From Candidatus Latescibacterota bacterium (GTDB lineage: Bacteria; Latescibacterota; UBA2968; UBA8231), in contig OZ241867.1 of NCBI GenBank assembly GCA_965203175.1, positions 4,256,001-4,320,000 on the forward strand: a stretch of DNA of 64,000 nt. The letters are read 5' to 3'. A program made the position numbers and the translations under genes. Under the pieces are notes generated by a model. The model did no database searches, had not been told where the DNA came from, and was given only the letters and a program-made list of their open reading frames with translations. Positions 59,920 through 64,000 of the stretch are shown in pieces. How positions within the stretch are numbered: position 1 is the first letter of the stretch; each line of letters starts with the position of its first letter.

Positions 59920-59949
59920 ACTTACAACGACCCGCAGGAGCTTGAAGCC

Positions 59950-60612
59950 ATGTCGAACCTCGTGAGCATTTCCGCGCTAGCGGTACTCATCGCGCTCACG
60001 GCCTGCGCCCAAGGATCGGGCGCGAGGGCCAAACGCCAGTTGAACTTATCCGAGCGAGTGTTATCGGAGGCCCCGCCCAGCGTTACCGAGGGACAGATCG
60101 GGCCTTTGCTGATCCGGGGCCGCTCGGCCTATCAGAACAAAATCGAAAGGGCAATAGTGCGCGCCCAAACGCCGCCGCTGGAAGATCACGGTCTATTCGC
60201 CTTTTTCGGCACTGTTAATAAAAGCTACCTCCGCTCGCAGGTGACAGACCTCCATCTGGCGATCATCCCCCGTCTCATCAGGGAATTGCAAAGCAAAGGC
60301 GACGCCTTTAGGAGCAAAAATGTATCGCCTGAGTTCGCGGTTTCATTTGTGGTAACAGACCTCCATTTCTGGCAACAAATAACCCCGTCCCAAGTAATCA
60401 CTAGGAACCATCGGGCGGGCCACGGCCACATGCACTTGGAGCTAGAAATAAGGCACTTGGCAACCAACAAGGTGGAAGCGACGCATGTTCTGATCGGGCA
60501 AGTGGAAAAACCCGAGTCAGCCGGCGTGTACACTGTGGATGATCTACTCGATGAGGTCGCACAGCAGACGGGTGAGACTGTCGTAGAATTCATGAGGTCG
60601 TTGGAACTGTAA
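59950..60612 (+). CDS. hypothetical lipoprotein
   Basis: Lipobox LTAC; AGGAG RBS; alpha/beta pattern ending in an amphipathic helix. Confidence 0.65.
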   Translation: MSNLVSISALAVLIALTACAQGSGARAKRQLNLSERVLSEAPPSVTEGQIGPLLIRGRSAYQNKIERAIVRAQTPPLEDHGLFAFFGTVNKSYLRSQVTDLHLAIIPRLIRELQSKGDAFRSKNVSPEFAVSFVVTDLHFWQQITPSQVITRNHRAGHGHMHLELEIRHLATNKVEATHVLIGQVEKPESAGVYTVDDLLDEVAQQTGETVVEFMRSLEL

Positions 60613-60669
60613 AACCTTCTGGTGATGAGAAGTTTTACTTCAATATCAACGAGGCTTGCAGTAGCATGC

Positions 60670-63018
60670 ATGATCGAGAGACGCGGGATTTACTGCGTGC
60701 TCACGGCCCTGTTCATCTGCGGTGTTAGCCATGCCGAAGAAATCCGCTTCGACTCCCCGGCCGAGTGGGCGACTTGGGAGGTTCCGGTTGATATCGTCCA
60801 GTTTGCAGACGACGGCTCGCTAGAGCTGAGAAAATTCCGCAAGGAAATCAACGCCACTCTTGATGCTCATCTTTTCACCCAACCCACTCAGACCCGTGGC
60901 AAGGTCCAGGGGGGGATCTGGCAGGTCGGATCCAATCCGACGGCGGCCCGACGCATCATGGACGGCAATCTGGAGACGGTGTGGCGACCTAGTCAAGCCG
61001 ACGACTTGGTCGATTGGGTGGTGACCATCGACTTGGGGCGGCCCGTGCTAGCCGAGCGCATCCGCTTGGTGTTTCCCGACCGCGCAGGAGCGCGTCCTTG
61101 GCGGCAATTTAGCGTTTTCACGGCCAATGGTGCGCGCATCCAATCCACGGATGACGTCTTCAAATTCGACCAAGCCTTTCAGACGACTCAGCCCAACCAA
61201 GAGCAGGTCGTCGATATCGAACTGGTCGGCGAGCGCGACGTAACGCGGGTCATTGACGAAAACCTCGGGCTGGATCCAGCCGCGCTAAATACCTTCCGCA
61301 TGGTGCGCTTTGTGCGCGTGCGCGCCGACGAAAAAAGTGCGGATGCAGCTTTGGCCGAAGTGGAGGTGGTCGCCGCAGGCGACAACATAAGTCTCGGAGT
61401 CTTGGCGCGCGGCGGCAGCTTCGACAATGGACTTTTGGCGCGCGAGCCGCAGAATATGTTCGACGGCATCACCGACACGTACGGCAATATATTCACTGTT
61501 AAGACTAAGGGCGGCTGGCGCGAGAGTGGGGTGTGGTGGTCGGTTGATTTAGGGGCGCTGTTCTGGCTCGACGAGGCATTCATCTACTGGCAGGATCGCG
61601 GCGAGGGCCTGTCGAGCTTCCTATTCGAGGGATTGCAGGCTGGTTCTGGATACCAAATCCTCTTTTCCGATGGGCGGCGCACCATTGCCGGCGACATCGA
61701 CTACACGCCGCTGATCTTCGAGCCAAGGCCAGTCGGCGCGGAGTGGAACTTGCGCCACCATCGCTACGCGTTTGCTCCGCGCAAGATCCGCTACTTGTTC
61801 TGGCATTCGCTGACCGATACGGGCTGGTTTTCCCACCCCATGGAGTTGATGCTGTTCTCGCCGGGCTATCCCGCGCAGGTGGTATTGCTCTCGGACTTTA
61901 TCGACCTCGGCCAACTCGCTGGCGATGGCCGCGCCAAGGCCATCAAGCGCTTGCTCTGGGAGGCGACAACGCCGGATCAGACGCGGTTACAGGTGCGCTC
62001 GCGGTCGGGCAATACCCTGCAAGAGTTCTACACGTTCTACGATAAAAAGGGTGAGGAAGTCACCGAGACGCGCTACGGGAGCCTGCCCAAAGTCATCCGC
62101 GGCCCCATTGACACCACGGTCGTCGTAGGAGCCGATTGGGGCGCGTGGAGCAACTTCTACCAGTTTTCCGGCGAGGCGTTTAAGTCGGAGACGCCACGCC
62201 GCTTTATCCAATTGGAGTTGATTCTCTCTACGGAGGATCCCGCTGTCGCACCGGTGCTACACGCGCTGGCACTGGATTTTGAGGATGCGCTGGTCTCGCA
62301 GGCGGCTGGACAGGTTGCTCCGCGCTATGTCGTACCCAACGAGGCGACGCGGTTTACGTATGCGCTGCGGACGAGCGCAACGGAGGGCGATTCAGGGTTT
62401 GACCGGATGCGCTTTTCTACGCCTAGCGCTGTGGATGCAGCAGATGTGCGGCTGTGGATTGGTGGTGCGGCGCACGAGCCGAGTGCCGTGCGGGTAGTGG
62501 GGGATTCGCTGCTGTTTGTCGATTTGCCGGAGACGGTGCGGACGGATTCTGTCACCGTGGAATTCACCACTAAGGTCCTGCGCAACGCCACGGTTTTTGC
62601 CGCGGACTTAGGGCAAGAAGCACGTCCTGATCTGTGGCAGTCGGTGGAAGCGGCTGAGCGGCAATCGAACTTGGTGTTTCTGCCGGATTTACCCGGCAGC
62701 GAGCGGTTGATCGGCGATTTGCAGGTTGTGCCGCCGGTGTTTTCGCCCAACGGCGATGGGATCAACGACCACGTGCAGATACACTTTGCGCTGTTTAAGG
62801 CGGTGGATGCGTCTCCGAGCGTGCGCATTTTCGATTTGGCGGGGAGGGAAGTGGCGGTTCTTACTTCGTCGGGTGCGGATGTGTTGCAGTCGTTTAGTTG
62901 GGATGGATTGGATGCGTCGGGTGAGTGGGTGGCACCGGGCGTTTACGTATGCCGCATTGCTGCGGGAGCCGATGCTGGGCAGGGAGAAGTAGTGCGCACC
63001 CTAGCTGTAGCCTATTGA
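60670..63018 (+). CDS. large exported protein with discoidin-like modules and TPNGDGxND/FlgD-Ig C-domain (paralog 4)
   Basis: Colinear with 57463 ('KFRK.INATLDAHLF', 'HPMEL..FSPG.PA'); 'FSPNGDGINDH'; ends AVAY. Confidence 0.85.
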   Translation: MIERRGIYCVLTALFICGVSHAEEIRFDSPAEWATWEVPVDIVQFADDGSLELRKFRKEINATLDAHLFTQPTQTRGKVQGGIWQVGSNPTAARRIMDGNLETVWRPSQADDLVDWVVTIDLGRPVLAERIRLVFPDRAGARPWRQFSVFTANGARIQSTDDVFKFDQAFQTTQPNQEQVVDIELVGERDVTRVIDENLGLDPAALNTFRMVRFVRVRADEKSADAALAEVEVVAAGDNISLGVLARGGSFDNGLLAREPQNMFDGITDTYGNIFTVKTKGGWRESGVWWSVDLGALFWLDEAFIYWQDRGEGLSSFLFEGLQAGSGYQILFSDGRRTIAGDIDYTPLIFEPRPVGAEWNLRHHRYAFAPRKIRYLFWHSLTDTGWFSHPMELMLFSPGYPAQVVLLSDFIDLGQLAGDGRAKAIKRLLWEATTPDQTRLQVRSRSGNTLQEFYTFYDKKGEEVTETRYGSLPKVIRGPIDTTVVVGADWGAWSNFYQFSGEAFKSETPRRFIQLELILSTEDPAVAPVLHALALDFEDALVSQAAGQVAPRYVVPNEATRFTYALRTSATEGDSGFDRMRFSTPSAVDAADVRLWIGGAAHEPSAVRVVGDSLLFVDLPETVRTDSVTVEFTTKVLRNATVFAADLGQEARPDLWQSVEAAERQSNLVFLPDLPGSERLIGDLQVVPPVFSPNGDGINDHVQIHFALFKAVDASPSVRIFDLAGREVAVLTSSGADVLQSFSWDGLDASGEWVAPGVYVCRIAAGADAGQGEVVRTLAVAY

Positions 63019-63034
63019 GGTGGATTAGAGCGGT

Positions 63035-64000
63035 ATGAGGTGGAGAAAATACAGGGTTTGCCATTTGCTCTTGGGCCTGTTCATCTGTGGTGCGAGCCGA
63101 GCGGAGGAAGTTCGTTTCGACACTCCGGAGGCGTGGGAGGCTTGGGATATCCCGGTAGATATCGTCCAGTTTGCGGACGACGGTTCGCTGAAGTTGAAGA
63201 AATTTCGCAAACAGATCAACGCTGTCCTCGACGCACCCCTCTTCACTCATCCCTCTCAGAAGCGCGGCGAGGTCCAGGGCGGGATATGGAGTGCCGGTAG
63301 CAACGAGGTGGACGCGCCCAAGCTCATAGATGGCGATCCAGCGACCTATTGGCAGCCCGATGTAGCAGACCAGCTCGTCGATTGGTCGGTCGGTATCGAC
63401 TTGGGAAGGCCGGTACTGGCGCGGGAGATCAAGCTGATATTCCCCGACGAAGAGGGCGCTCGGCCCTTGCGGCAGTTTAGCGTCTTTGTCACTCAGGGTG
63501 CCCGGATTCAGTTCCGGGACGACGTGTTCCGCTATCGCAAGATCTTCCAGACGACCAAGCCCAATACCGAGACTACCATTGCGATTCCGCTGCTAGGCAG
63601 TGCGCTGGATACCACGCGGGTGCTTGATGAGGACAGAGACGTTGACTTGAATGCCGAGCAGGACTTCCAGATGGTGCGGCTAATCCGCGTCGTCGCCGAT
63701 GAGCAAAGCAGCGATGCAGCCCTAGCCGAAATTGAAGTCCTCGCCCAGGGGGACAACGTCAGCTTGGGGACTTTGGAACGAGGTGGGCGCTTTGAACACG
63801 GCTTGCTGGCGCGCGAGCCGCAGAACATGTTCGACGGCAATATGGACACCTTCGGCAATATTCTCACCTCGGGGGGGACCAAGGGCGGCTGGCGCGAGGG
63901 CGGGCTATGGTGGCAGGTGGATTTGGGTGCACTGTTCTGGATCGACGAGATGTTTATATATTTTAAAACTCGGGGTGAGGGCATGTCGAGTTTCTTGTTC
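63035..64000 (+). CDS. paralog 5 of the exported family (runs off window end; not in ORF track)
   Basis: MRWRKYRVCHLLLGLFICGASRAEEVRFDTPEAWEAWDIPVDIVQFADDGSLKLKKFRKQINA..., close to 60670; reads open to 64000. Confidence 0.85.
   Translation, partial: MRWRKYRVCHLLLGLFICGASRAEEVRFDTPEAWEAWDIPVDIVQFADDGSLKLKKFRKQINAVLDAPLFTHPSQKRGEVQGGIWSAGSNEVDAPKLIDGDPATYWQPDVADQLVDWSVGIDLGRPVLAREIKLIFPDEEGARPLRQFSVFVTQGARIQFRDDVFRYRKIFQTTKPNTETTIAIPLLGSALDTTRVLDEDRDVDLNAEQDFQMVRLIRVVADEQSSDAALAEIEVLAQGDNVSLGTLERGGRFEHGLLAREPQNMFDGNMDTFGNILTSGGTKGGWREGGLWWQVDLGALFWIDEMFIYFKTRGEGMSSFLF

Noticed and set aside
57463-64000. Diversity-generating retroelement or shufflon acting on the paralogs
   Set aside because: No reverse transcriptase, recombinase or near-identical template/variable repeat pair is seen; the similarity is ordinary paralogy.

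Overview
High-GC bacterial chromosomal window. The protein repertoire (C-terminal 'VExxSWGxIK' motif, expanded FlgD-Ig proteins, CRTAC1/TPR pairs) suggests an FCB-superphylum organism such as Ca. Latescibacterota; this is inference. Blocks: (1) 1-14 kb is a mosaic zinc/metal-starvation region: MerC-domain protein, two Fur-family genes, WD40 protein, flavoproteins, ZnuABC-type transporter and a ZnuD-like TonB receptor. It carries deletion scars of cobW, folE2 and a ZIP transporter, three promoters sharing a 7-2-7 palindrome, and an IS200/IS605 solo-tnpB element inserted exactly at the start codon of the znu operon. (2) 14-20 kb holds PhhB-like and SelA-like genes, an AT-rich islet with two putative nucleases and a candidate structured RNA, and a His-tailed groESL behind a sigma54/IHF/UAS promoter architecture. 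(3) 20-36.6 kb holds SDRs, an NDP-heptose-like and GT-C (YfhO, DUF2723) glycosylation locus, PTS IIA, and a coupled three-gene inactive helicase/UvrD helicase/Fe-S PD-(D/E)XK nuclease module. (4) 36.6-64 kb holds an unusual sugar ABC transporter divergent from a >23 kb cluster of exported proteins: CBM9-like protein, lipoproteins, a putative beta-barrel with Ca-binding motifs, TPR, CRTAC1, PPIase and five paralogous large proteins; the four complete ones end in a TPNGDGxND/FlgD-Ig/'[VI]AY' domain. This last cluster is the best candidate for an undescribed secretion/surface-assembly or uptake system. No rRNA, tRNA or CRISPR array was recognised. All family calls come from motif recognition by eye, without database searches.
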